From Malacoraja senta (lineage: Eukaryota): a stretch of DNA of 64,000 nucleotides. The notes under the pieces are model-generated. The model saw nothing but the letters and a program-made list of their open reading frames with translations, did not search any database and was not told the DNA's origin. Each line of letters starts with the position of its first letter. The stretch's first letter is position 1. A program made the position numbers and the translations under genes. This document shows positions 37,551 to 50,100 of the stretch, piece by piece. The stretch is taken from contig JAXLNO010002254.1 in NCBI GenBank assembly GCA_038087875.1, positions 62,001 through 126,000 on the forward strand, in the 5' to 3' direction.

Positions 37551-37688
37551 NNNNNNNNNNNNNNNNNNNNNNNNNNNNNNNNNNNNNNNNNNNNNNNNNN
37601 NNNNNNNNNNNNNNNNNNNNNNNNNNNNNNNNNNNNNNNNNNNNNNNNNNNNNNNNNNNNNNNNNNNNNNNNNNNNNNNNNNNNNNNN
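37551..37688. other. Assembly gap (138 N)
   Basis: Run of n characters; preceded by a T-rich tail-like stretch from about 37330. Confidence 1.
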
Positions 37689-37834
37689 TGAACTGAGAAA
37701 TTCAACAATTTAAGTCTGTTTGTCGTCAAGTCTGTTCCACCCTATGAAGGTAAAATAATTTTTATAACGGTTAAAGAGGGATCAATTTATGTTGTATGAA
37801 AGTGTTCAATAAATTTTCCCCAAGTCTTATCAAA

Positions 37835-38130
37835 TTTGAGCAGCGGCCGGGCGGGTGGGGGCGGGGCCGGAGTGTCGGGAGATGACGGTCTGGGCGATGG
37901 GCGGCGGTGCCGGTGACGCTGGGGCCGGGGGGGCCGGGGCGGGCGGGGCGGGCGCTGGGGGGGGGGGAGGGGCAGCTCCGGGCGGCAGCAGCAGCCGCGG
38001 TCTCTCAGCCCCGGTGGGTGGCTCCGGCTCCGGCTCCGGCTCCGGGCGGCTCGGCTCTGTCATGCGGGAGGAGGGAAAGCGAGGGCAGAGGCTGCTGCGC
38101 CGCTGGCAGATGGTGGAGTCAGTGACAAAG
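37835..38130. promoter_or_regulatory. CpG island / GC-rich low-complexity segment
   Basis: Very high GC and CpG density, (ggctcc)n; ORFs on both strands are low complexity. Function unassigned. Confidence 0.5.
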
Positions 38131-38419
38131 ATGAAGGTGAAAGTGATGAAACTTGTTGGATCAGGACGAGCTGGGAAATGTAAAGCCAGAGGGAGGTGGG
38201 TGGGAAGGTCAACGGGAAATATGGGGCAAGAAGATGGAGATGAACGTCCTTCCCTTCACTCCCCCCCCCCTCCCTCACCCTGGTGAGCACATTCCCCACC
38301 TCACTCACTCACTCACCAACCAACACCGGGTCCTTTCCCTTCCTCTCTTCACTCATCTCTTAAACACCAGTCCCATAGGGAGGTTGCACGACCCGTCACC
38401 TGTACTGTTGCCACGCAGC

Positions 38420-38587
38420 GCCAACTGGAGGACATGCGGTGAAGCCAACTGGAGGACATGCGTTGAAGCCAACTGGAGGACATGCGGTGAAGCCAACTGG
38501 AGGACATGCGGTGAAGCCAACTGGAGGACATGCGGTGAAGCCAACTGGAGGACATGCGGTGAAGCCAACTGGAGGACATGCGGTGAA
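38420..38587. repeat. Tandem repeat, 7 x 24 bp
   Basis: Unit gccaactggaggacatgcggtgaa, near perfect. Confidence 0.97.
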
Positions 38588-38970
38588 CTGCAGGTAAACA
38601 TTTACAATGTAGGAATGTTACAACATTTTGAGATTTTAAACCAAGCCTGTAATTTATCCCTTCAAATAAAACATAATATGAAGTTTAATTTGACACCTAA
38701 TTCACTTTCATATCTTCAGTATTAACAAAGTTATGGCCATTTTTATACTAGGAAATTAGCATCTTGTTCTCTATTGCTTTTCCATTTAGGCTGTGGGTCG
38801 AGCTCAAAAATGTGTCTAGAAATCCATTTTCGTGACCCACATCTCGGAACTACATGACATTTTCCATAGATTTAGATGAAATATAATTGAGAAGAAAGTC
38901 ATAACTCGTCACTGCCAAAAGTTGCACATTAAATAATTAAACTTATTAGAAATTGAGATCGGGAAAGTAA

Positions 38971-38987
38971 GCGCCATCTAGTGGCCA
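38971..38987 (-). promoter_or_regulatory. Consensus CTCF site
   Basis: The - strand reads TGGCCACTAGATGGCGC, an essentially perfect core match. Confidence 0.65.
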
Positions 38988-39283
38988 ATATTACACCATG
39001 GGCAGCCTATTTCCGTGTTGCAGTCCATTTAAACTATATTATTATACCTATGTATATATATATGACGTAAATATGACTGTAATCATATATTATAATGTGG
39101 CTTTGAAAAAAAAGGTACAGGATACTGAATTGGATGATCAGCCATGATCATATTGAATGGCGGTGCAGGCTCGAAGGGCCGAATGGCCTACTCCTGCACC
39201 TATTTTCTATGTTTCTATATAAAAATAATATAATGAATATAATTGTGAGTGTTTTTTGAATGAGATTGCTCCAGAGATCTGGC

Positions 39284-39638
39284 TCCTGAACCAGCCTAAT
39301 TAATGGGTGAGGGCAGTTCTTGTGGGTTCCTCCCTTTACTGAACCCCACTGACTGCCAGTGTGCAGAGTGGGGGTCATGGCCACAGTGGGTCTGGGGCAG
39401 TGCCAGGCTGGGGGACAGACCTGCAAGGCATCTTCCAGTCGCTTTAATAGGAAAATGAATGAGGCTGCCGCAGAGGTCCCAGGTTTTATGGGCTCATGAA
39501 CCTGCCTAATTAAAGGGTCAGGACAGATCCTCTGGGTTCCCCCGTTTACTGAACCCCACTGACTGCCATAGTGGGGAGAGTGGGGGTCACGGCCATAGTG
39601 GGACAGGGGCAGTGCCAGGTTGGGGGACAGACCTGTAA
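39284..39638. repeat. Two diverged direct repeats of about 144 bp, period about 211 bp
   Basis: 39284-39427 vs 39495-39638 share gcctaattaa..tttactgaaccccactgactgcca..ggggcagtgccagg.tgggggacagacctg.aag. Confidence 0.85.
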
Positions 39639-39839
39639 GAGTAAAGTCTTATTTCTGATGTAATGAAATGTCACATCCTGACCAAGAATCGAATGCTCTG
39701 ATGTTTACTCGACGAGTATTCATTTTAAGCTACAATGAGCCTATATTTATGTTACAGACCCCCTCATGGTGCCTTTGCAAATGAGGGCTATTAGCTTTAA
39801 CCTAAAAGAACCCTAAAAGTGTTGCATTGTTTGAGTATC

Positions 39840-40080
39840 TGTAGTTTGTGTGTGTGTGTCTGTGTATACCTGTCAAACGTGTATCTGTAGATGAGTGGAT
39901 GTAAATGTGTGGATGTATGTGTGGATGTGTGTGTGTGTCGATGTATATGTCTGGATGGATGTGTGCATGTATGTCTGCATGCGGATGGATGTGCGGATGT
40001 GTGTGTGGATGTATTTGTGCATGTATGTGCATGCATGGAAGTGTGCGTACGGATGTATGTCTGTGTGGATGGGTGGGTGG
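39840..40080. repeat. GT/GGAT low-complexity repeat
   Basis: Imperfect tgtgtggatgta units; the source of several spurious ORFs. Confidence 0.92.
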
Positions 40081-40269
40081 ACTGTTGCACTGTCATTCAC
40101 CAGCACGCCATTATCATAAGTAATTCACTCATTGTTTAAATAATTTGACCAAATAAACAGTGAAACGATGGACATTAAATAAAACTTTATATAATCATTT
40201 ATTTCCCCGATTTATTTGTTTACATTAGTTCTTGGTTTCTTGGTCCTCCAAAATATTCCAAATTGGAAC

Positions 40270-40660
40270 TTAAACTGGATCTGATTTTCATCTGAATATT
40301 CTTCATCAGATTCCAAGACTTTTGCAGTAATAGAGTTTCTGCAGTCAACACACTGACATAAATCTGTACATGGCTCACCATGCTGTTGACATGAGCATCT
40401 TCCTTCCCTGTACTTGATTTCTCAGTTTGTTTTCTTGCATGAACAGTATGTTAATTCTAGCAAGGTGCTTGGGGCTGGAGGCAGATCACCCTAGTCAATG
40501 TCCAATTCGCCACCTACAATTTTCCACCCATGTCCATATTTGTTGACCATCACTTGTCATGGATCGAAGCAGTCTCTTTGGGGCCGGCTCATCTGCTTCA
40601 CCATCAGGAACTGCCTCTTGAGGTGATTCACCTGCTTCAGGCTTTTCAGCGTCTTGAACT
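40270..40660 (-). pseudogene. Relic of a Cys-rich (CXC/Cys8-type) transposon protein C-terminus, Academ-like
   Basis: The - strand reads GHGWKIVGGELDID*GDLPPAPSTLLELTYCSCKKTN*EIKYREGRCSCQQHGEPCTDLCQCVDCRN, with two in-frame stops where W and C are expected. The family assignment is from recall. Confidence 0.65.
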
Positions 40661-42419
40661 CAATTGAAAGAGGAAAAAGAAAACAGAAAAGGAATGAAAA
40701 GTAAAATAAATCAACATCTTCAAATATATCTTTTCATGTTGGGTCTTTTCATGTTGTTTGAGTCCCATCATTACCTTTCTTCCTTCTAGACCTTGCTATA
40801 GCTCGATTTATTGTTATGTTGCAGAAGTGATGATAGCACTCTGCATGATAACCCGGGATACACTGCTGCCTCCTAATAATAGAAGATAAAATGTGTCGGG
40901 GAGTATTTTACATCTTTTCATGTTTTATATTAGGTAAGACAATATCAACATATCAATGGGGAAATTATACATGTACGAATGTCCAGGTAGATGGGATGGC
41001 AAATCTGCAAATGATCAAATTAGTGTTCATTATGGCACTTTTGTGTGGACAGGCTCTGAAGAGTGGAGGGGTAGAAGCTGCAGGAAAACAAATCTCATAG
41101 TATTTAGGTCTGCATGGACTTCAATTCATGGACTTCAATTCATAAAATGTCAATCTCTTCTTAATGTCAATGAGACTTACACTGTAATTTACTGCCATAG
41201 ATAAGTTAGTTCAAGTTCAAGTGGAGGGGCAGAGGCTGCAGAATAGCTAGAGAAAGAAACATATCATAGTACCCGTTCCCCCTGGATAAGGTGAGGGGGT
41301 GATTGTGGAGTAAGTGACAAAGACTAGAGATGTAAAGGTGAGAATGTTTCAGAAGGAGAGGAGGTGTGAAATGTAAAGTTTGAAGGAGGTATACGAGTGT
41401 AATGGGACAGGGTGGGGGTGAAGGGGGTAAAAGGGAAATATGGGACTCTCAGAGGGAGATGAGCATACTGATGGAAACTCCCGTCTTACCCTGCACCCCC
41501 ACCCTGGTGTCCACACTTCCCCAAAACCTCAGTCACTGCTCCTACCCCTCTGTACGCTCATCACTCATCCCTGAGTCTTATATTTTCCTCCTACCCCTTG
41601 CACCCATATCCATCCCTCTGGCTTTCCATTTCAATGCTCTCATCTCCTTATCTGACAACCTTTGTCTCCTTTTCACCTCCAGCCTTTTGTCACTTACTCC
41701 ATCCATCTGCCAACCTCCCCCTCACCTGTATCCACCTATCACTCGCCAGGCTTTGTCCTGCTCCCTTCTCTCTCCCCACTTTCTCTGCCCTACTCCATCA
41801 GTCTGAAGAAGGTTCCTGACCCAAAATGTCTGTCCATCCACTTTGTGTTCAGACAGATGGTGCCTGACGCATTGAGTACCTCCAGTACTGTTTAGACCTA
41901 GTTATATTCCCTGGTTAAATTAGTGCTAAAGTTAGAGTTTAATATTCATGGCCTTTATTTTAAGCCAATTACAATTTATTAATCCAGCCCATTCCAATAG
42001 TCCCTAGTTTGGAAAGATAGCATGGAAATGGGCCCTTTGGCTCACTGAGTCCATGCTGACCAGCAATCACCCATTCCTTAACTACACTAGGGACAATTTA
42101 CAGATGCCTACTAACTTACAAACCTGCACATCTTTGGTATGTGGGAGGAAAGCAGACACCCAGAGAAAATGTCTGTGGTCGCAGAGGGAGCATACAAACT
42201 CTGCAGACAGCACCAGAGATCAGGATCAAACACAGGTTTCTGCTACTGTAAGACAGTAACTCTACTACTGTGCCACCCATATTTTAGTTGGTCTTAATGT
42301 ATTTCTTTTAGTACAATGTGAAGAAGGGTCCTGACCCGAAACGTCACCTGTCCATGTTCTGCAAAGATGATGCCTGACCCACTGAGTTACTCCAGCACTC
42401 TGTGAAACGTCACCTATCC

Positions 42420-44345
42420 ATCGAATGGTATGTTAGCATTCATAGCAAAAGGATTTGAGTATAGGAACAGGGAGGTTCTACTGCAGTTGTACAGGGTCTT
42501 GGTGAGACCACACTTGGAGTATTGCGTACAGTTTTGGTCTCCAAATCTGAGGAAAGACATTCTTGCCATAGAGGGAGTACAGAGAAGGTTCACCAGACTG
42601 ATTCCTGGTATGTCAGGACTTTCACATGAAGAAACCCTCGGGCTCATCGTCCTCCTGTTTCCTTTCTTCTCCCCGCCTCCTCCCACCCCCTATCAGTCTG
42701 AAGAAGGGTTTCGGCCCGAAACGTTGCCTATCTCCTTCGCTCCATAGATGCTGCCGCACCCACTGAGTTTCTCCAGCATTGATAAAGAAAACAAACGTGA
42801 AGCTTACACAGTTCCCAGTATTATGCCTTCAACTAACGACCACTTAACCTATTTTACTTTATTACACTTTTATATCAGAGAACTCCAACATTCCTGCGAA
42901 GGAAATCACACGGCAAAGAAACTCTAAGAATATAATAAACATTTTGCACAATTTCAAGCTTTGTCGGGTTGTAATAGGTTCTTTAATTTTGGTAATGTCA
43001 CTGTTCTAATGATTTCTTACTGGTTAGAAATGTTCAATGCATTCTCAAACAAGGAGGTCAGACCTCAGGGTGAAAGAGGGGCAGCAGAGCAGGAAGGAGA
43101 TGGAGCACTGATTTTGCTCAGAGATTGGGTGAGGGAGAGGGATGCCAGTCTGAACAGTGAACTGGGAGTCACTGCTTTTCAGTTAGCTTTGAACTGTTTC
43201 TTTATCAAAAATTGAGGCCGGTTCATTGGCAATATTTAAGAGGGAGTTAGATGTGGCCCTTGTGGGTAAAGGGATCAGAGGGTATGGAGAGAAGGCAGGT
43301 ACGGGATACCGAGTTGGATGATCAGCCATGATCATATTGAATGGCGGTGCAGGCTCGAAGGGCCGAATGGCCTACTCCTGCACCTAATTTCTATGTTTCT
43401 ATGTTTCTATGACGCTGGTTTTGGAAAACGTCGGAATGTCACCCACGGAGGAAATAAGAGAGCGGGGGAAGACGCTAGAGATGGACAAGCACGACATGAC
43501 CCGTGAATTATGGGCCTGAGAATCGAAGTAATAAATGTGAGGTTATCCACTTTGGTGGCAAAAACGGGAAGGCAGACTATTATCTAAATGGTGGCCGATT
43601 AGGAAATGGGGAGGTGCAGCGAGACCTGGGTGTCATGGTACACCAGTCATTGAAAGTAGGCATGCAGGTGCAGCAGGCAGTGAAGAAAGCGAATGGTATG
43701 TTGGCCTTCATAGCAAGAGGATTTGAGTATAGGAGCAGGGAGGTTCTACTGCAGTTGTACAGGGTCTTGGTGAGACCACACCTGGAGTATTGCGTACAGT
43801 TTTGGTCTCCAAATCTGAGGAAGGACATTATAGCCATAGAGGGAGTGCAGAGAAGGTTCACCAGACTGATTCCTGGGATGTCAGGACTTTCATATGAAGA
43901 AAGACTGGATAGACTTGGCTTATACTCGCTAGAATTTAGGAGATTGAGAGGGGATCTTATAGAAACGTACAAAATTCTTATGGGGTTGGACAGGCTAGAT
44001 GCAGGAAGATTGTTCCCGATGTTGGGGAAGTCCAGGACAAGGGGTCACAGCTTAAGGATAAGGGGGAAATCCTTTAAGACCGAGATGAGGAAAAACTTTT
44101 TCACACAGAGTGGTGAATCTCTGGAACTCTCTGCCACAGAGGGTAGTTGACGCCAGTTCATTGGCTATATTTAAGAGGGAGTTAGATGTGGCCCTTGTGG
44201 CTAAAGGGATCAGGGGGTATGGAGAGAAGGCAGGTACGGGATACTGAGTTGGATGATCAGCCATGATCATATTGAATGGCGGTGCAGGCTCGAAGGGCCG
44301 AATGGCCTACTCCTGCACCTATTTTCTATGTATCTATGTATCTAT
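42420..44345 (+). mobile_element. Cluster of CR1 RT/3' fragments (42420-42640, 43215-43410, 43530-44345) with interspersed hammerhead tails
   Basis: ORFs 42430 and 43503: KCEVIHFG..RDLGVMVH..VRPHLEYCVQFWSP..RTRGHSLR; ctatgttt-repeat tails. Confidence 0.9.
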
Positions 44346-45245
44346 GGAAGGGGCGTTGCCGTCCTGGCGAATAACAGACCAATAACTTTACTCATATTTC
44401 ACCGATCGGAACAAAACTTGGTGCGCTTGGAGCAGAAGAGAACGGTGAGTAAGGTGGCTTAAAAACCCTAGCGATATAGGATACCTTAGTCTACAACGCA
44501 GTGGTCAAGGTGAGAGTTTTAGTAATAGTGTAGAAGAAGATAGATGTCCCAGATAGAACATTGAAATTCTTACTGGCTGCAGCACAACAGAATATGTAAA
44601 CATTGTACAGAAACATAAAGTTTCTTTTTGATAAAGAAACAGTTCAAAGCTACCCACTCCCCTCCCACACATTACTCCACACTCCCCTCCCCCATACTAC
44701 CCCCACCACACACAACACCCCCTCCCAAATACACCCCTTTTCACATACACCCCTTGTTCCCCATAATAAATTCACCTGTTTCTGCCTTCAAGGGACCCAC
44801 ATTTGTCTTAACTAATCTTTTCCTCTTCACATACCTAAAGAAAATTTACTATCCTCCTTTATATTCTTGACTAGCTTACATTCATACTTCATCTTTTCTT
44901 CCTGCATTGTCTTTTAAATTACCTTCTGTTGTTCTTTAAAAGTATCCCAATCCTGTTGCTTCCTGTTCATCTTTGCTATGTTATACGTCTTCTCTTTTAG
45001 ACTTCCCTTGTCAGCCACGGTCGCCTCTAACTCCCCTTAGAATCTTTCTTCCCACTTCCGGTGGCGTCATGTTAGACTAACAGACGTGCACCCAGCTCCT
45101 CTCCCGAAAAACTTCACGATTTATCGTGTAAAACGGGTCCGAAAATCGGGATTGTTTTTAAAAACCTTACCGGAGCTTCTGGTTACCGCGCTGATGACGT
45201 CATCGTTAAACGCGATGTTTTAAACGGTGGTTTGAAGCCCTTTAA

Positions 45246-46316
45246 ATGAGTAAATTGACTCCAGCTGTGAGCCCTCAGAGAGCTGTGAATAAGCTGTCGA
45301 AACAGTTCGAAACTGAAGTTACCTCTGAAGTCTCTGAAGTGGCTGCAGAAATGGATACAAGATCTAAGAAAGACTTTGATGACTTGAAAAAATCAATGAA
45401 AAATTTGAAAGATGAGATCTCGGATAATAGGGTGGAAGATAAGAAGGAAATGAAGGAAAATTCGGCAAAAATGATGGAAGGAATGCAGAAGATGATGAAG
45501 GATTTAAATGCTGGTAACCAGAAGAATATGACGGATTTACTGGACACTATGAATAAACGAATTGATGAGGTGAAAGATGGACTATCAGAGAAAATGGATA
45601 AGATGGATGTAATTACTACGGATAAGTTCACGGCTGTACTTGAAATAGTAGCTGCAAGTATGCAGACAATCACGGAATTGGAGAGAAATACGGCACGACT
45701 GGTTGAAGACATGGCGAAATTGAGGCAAGAACATGAGCAAATGAGGCGAGAAAACGAACAAGCATCACTACAAATGGGGACTCAATTAGAGAAAGTCTCA
45801 TTCAAATGCCTGGACCTGGAAGCTCGTTCTAGACGCCAGAATCTGAGGATTCTTGGTGTTTCAGAGGGGGCAGAAGGGGAACAGGTACGTGAATTTGCCA
45901 TGGGCTTGTTGAAACAACTGTTGAATCTTCCCAAGGAACCGAAAATCGAAGTGGCTCATCGTGTCCCAAGATTTGGAAAAAGATTTGATGCGGGAAAAGC
46001 TTATCCACGACATATTATAGTGAAATTTCGAGACACTGCAGAACTGGAATATGTTATGACCCATATCAAATATGGTGTACAATTACGGCTGGACAAAGAC
46101 ACTATTAAGATATTCAGGGACTACCCACATGAAATTGTGCAAAAAAGAAACAAATTTGATAAGGTTAAAGATCTTTTAAGAGGGAGAGAAGGGGTCAGAT
46201 TCGGGGTTTTTTATCCCGCTAAAATGCGTATTTCTTTTAATGGTCTTGAAAAGTCATTTGTTAAGCCTGAAGACGCTTTCAAATATGCCCAAACGATTGT
46301 TGAAAGACAGAAATAA
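45246..46316 (+). CDS. L1 ORF1p (coiled coil, RRM, CTD; Transposase_22-like), 356 aa
   Basis: Heptad-rich N-half, then DLEARSRRQNLRILGVSEG, AHRV, PRHIIVKF, IFRDYP, RFGVFYPAKMRI. Confidence 0.93.
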   Translation: MSKLTPAVSPQRAVNKLSKQFETEVTSEVSEVAAEMDTRSKKDFDDLKKSMKNLKDEISDNRVEDKKEMKENSAKMMEGMQKMMKDLNAGNQKNMTDLLDTMNKRIDEVKDGLSEKMDKMDVITTDKFTAVLEIVAASMQTITELERNTARLVEDMAKLRQEHEQMRRENEQASLQMGTQLEKVSFKCLDLEARSRRQNLRILGVSEGAEGEQVREFAMGLLKQLLNLPKEPKIEVAHRVPRFGKRFDAGKAYPRHIIVKFRDTAELEYVMTHIKYGVQLRLDKDTIKIFRDYPHEIVQKRNKFDKVKDLLRGREGVRFGVFYPAKMRISFNGLEKSFVKPEDAFKYAQTIVERQK

Positions 46317-47121
46317 AAGGGAGCTTTGGCAGATCCGAATAATTCTCAGCTATGTTTTGTCTGGGGATAGTTACACTGTTATCTCCGGAATGTTGAAGCA
46401 AGGACATTTTCTGTTCAAAACGTGTAAACAACTTTATAACGGGATATGAATTAGAAAATAATTGCTTATTGATTAAAATGTTATAACCAATTGTAAGAAC
46501 TTATCCTATTAACAACTTTAAAAGTTATGCAGGTTAGATTAGAATACTAACAAAAAAAACAAAAAAATAATGAACTAACATACTAATATGAATTTTTAAT
46601 AAATTGTAACCTTGTCTATAAGCAGGAGGAGGGGATGAGAAACGAGCTCCTGGCTTATGTCCAGGAGCACGTCTCGTTAACCCCTTCAACCAACAGCTGA
46701 TTCTTATTGAAATCAAAAATATTGGTTTAATAATTAAACTCTGATATATATATATGTTATAAGGAAATATCAGGGTAAAATTGTATTATATATATGAATG
46801 TGAGGCCTCGTTTTAATATTTTAATATGTTATGATTAACTAAGAGAGCGGAGCGAGTTGAGCAACAACGCAATGGAAGTCAAAATAAGGTTTTTTCCCAC
46901 CTACAGGTGGGTCACTTGCTACAGTGCCGACTATAGACACTGTAGCCTCACTTTTTTAGTTTTTTTTTTATTACATAAAATCACTTGTTTGTGTTTTGTG
47001 TTTAGTGATAAGAATAATATGGACATACCAACAAAAGTTAATAATTCAAAAACTCCCCCAATACCTAAAGACCTGGGATATGGACGCACCACAAGATTCA
47101 AAGGTACTATAATTATTCAAA

Positions 47122-50100
47122 ATGCATGACACCACACAAAAGAACCTAGGAGGAATCTCATTTTGTAGTTGGAATATAAGAGGTATTAATGAACCTATCA
47201 AAAGGGGTAAGATATTAGCTCAGCTAAAAATGTATAATTCTGACATTACCTTCCTACAAGAAACACACCTAAAACCTCAGGACCAAGTTAGGCTGAGGGC
47301 GAAATGGATAGGTCAAACATACCACTCTTCATTCACTTCAAAATCTAGAGGCACGTCAATTATCATAAGAAAAGGTATACCATTTAAAGCAAAGAATATT
47401 ATAACAGATATAGAAGGGAGATACCTAATAGTTAATGGAGAAATCCATGACACTCCACTTACTTTGGTAAATATATATGCCCCTAACTTTGATAACCCCC
47501 ACTTTTTCAATAAAATCTTCAATATAATTGCAGAGTCAAACTATCAAAATGTTATAATAGGCGGAGACTTTAATTGTGTTTTAGACCCGTACTTAGATAA
47601 ATCAAGTCAAAAACAGAGAGGGAATATGAAATCGAAAACTGGGGAACTCCTCAATACCTACATAAACAACACTAATATAGCAGATGTTTGGAGAATTGTG
47701 AATCCAACTGGCAGGGAATATTCGTTTTACTCAATGGTACATAAGACATACTCACGTATAGACTACTTTCTGCTGGATACAAAATTAATCCCCCAAACAT
47801 CTAATGCAATATATCATACAAATTCAATTTCAGACCATTCTCCACTAACTTTCTTTTTAAAACTGGAAGGATTGTCTAAGAATAATTCATTCTGGAGATT
47901 TAACTCTCAAATTTTAAAAGATCCACAAGCGAGTATATATTTAAAAGAACAAATGGAGGTCTTTTTTCAAACAAATGATACTTCAGATATATCGCCTACT
48001 TTACTTTGGGAATCTTTTAAAGCATACATTAGGGGTATTATAATTTCATATCAAGCTTTTCAAAATAAAAAGAATAAGAATGAACAAAGACAGTTAGAAG
48101 AACTTATTAGACAAATGGATATAGATAATGCTAAAGATCCAACAATAGATAAACATAATAAAATAATAATTTTAAAATTTAAATTAAATAAATTATTATC
48201 TGCCAAACTTATAAGACTTTTTCAAATTACAAAACAAGAGCACTTTGAATTTGGGGATAAACCGCATAAACTTTTGGCTCGCCAGCTAAAAAAACGAGAA
48301 AAGGAACATACTATACCAAAGATCAAATCAGATAAAGGGGAATTATTAACAACACCGAAGGATATTAATAAAAGATTTGCGCAATTTTACGAGAATTTGT
48401 ATACATCTAAAACGATAATTGATTCCAATAATATCACTAAGTTCTTGGATACCTGTAATCTTCCAAAGTTAGAGCTGAAGGAACAAGAGGAACTGGGTGC
48501 ACAAATCTCAATTAAGGAATTAGAAGATACAATAAACTCACTAAAAAATGGAAAAACACCAGGCCCTGATGGATTTACTAATGAATTTTATAAAAACTTT
48601 TATGATAAAATAATACCAAGATTACAAAAAATGTACCAATACGCTTTTAAAAAACGAATACTACCTGATACATTAGCGGAATCAACGATTACATTAATAC
48701 CTAAGAAAAATAAGGATTTAGAAGATCCTGGCTCATATAGAGCTATAGCATTGTTAAACACAGATCAAAAAATATTAGCGAAAACATTAGCCAGAAGATT
48801 AAGTAAATACATTAGTAAATTAATAAACCCAGATCAGACAGGGTTTATCCCTAAGAGATACTCATCTAATAATATGAGACGTCTACTCAACATAATGCAC
48901 TCACACAAACCTGAAGATCAAGAATTATCAATTATTTCGCTGGATGCTGAAAAAGCATTTGATCAAGTAGAATGGAATTATATGGATAAAGTATTACAAA
49001 AATTTCAACTGGGAGAGAATTTTATTTTATGGATTAAGTTACTATATAACAAACCTACAGCTAGAATACTTACTAATAACATATTATCCTCGAAATTTCA
49101 ACTATCAAGGGGAAATAGACAAGGATGCTCATTATCACCACAACTGTTTGCTCTCATTATTGAACCGCTAGCAGAAAAAATTAGAATACACCCTGATATC
49201 CATGGATATAATACTAAAGACTCATATAATAAAATATCTTTATACGCGGATGATATATTATTGTATATTACAAAACCTCAAATCACTATACCAAATATAT
49301 TAAATTTAATTGAAGACTTCGGATCTTTTTCTGGATATAGAATAAATTGGAATAAAAGTGAAATTATGTCAATAAAACCGAAAGATTCAACACATCTTTT
49401 AAAATTCCCTTTTAAAATAGCTACAGAAAAATTTAAATATTTGGGAATCGAAATTACCAGAGCATATCAAGGTATGCTCAGGGCAAATTTTGACCCCCTA
49501 CTTAATAAACTGAATACATTAATTAAATTCTGGAAAACGCTTCCGATGTCTTTAATAGGCCGAATAAACGCAATAAAAATGATCTTTTTACCACAAATTT
49601 TATACCTATTTCAATCAATTCCTATATACTTACCTAAGAAGTTTTTTAAAAAACTCGACTCAGATATCACTAATTTTATATGGGACTATAAATCACATAG
49701 AATACAAAAAACCCATCTGAATAAATCTAAAGTATTGGGGGGTCTAGCACTACCCAATTTTATGTATTATTATTGGTCAGTAAATATTAAAAACATGATT
49801 CAACTGATGGATAACTCCGCCCAGCAAGTAGACTGGATTGTAATGGAGAAAGAGGATTGCTCCTCTAGAAACATTGGAGCGATCCTCCTCTCTCCAATGA
49901 AATTGAATAACATAAACTATAATAAGAACCCAATTATTCATAGTACAATCCGTATTTGGAAACAAATAAAACAAAATTTAAAATTAAGAAACTTATCACT
50001 TTTATTACCTATAGTCAATAACCCTTCGTTTAGTCCTTCTATTATAGATAAAGCTTATACACAATGGGATAGACTAGGAATTAAAACGCTTGGTGACTTG

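Noticed and set aside
38153-38725. 190-aa ORF with (GEANWRTC)7, and similar repeat ORFs at 39797-40139 and 59729-60208
   Set aside because: These are translations of tandem or low-complexity repeats, open in several frames and on both strands.
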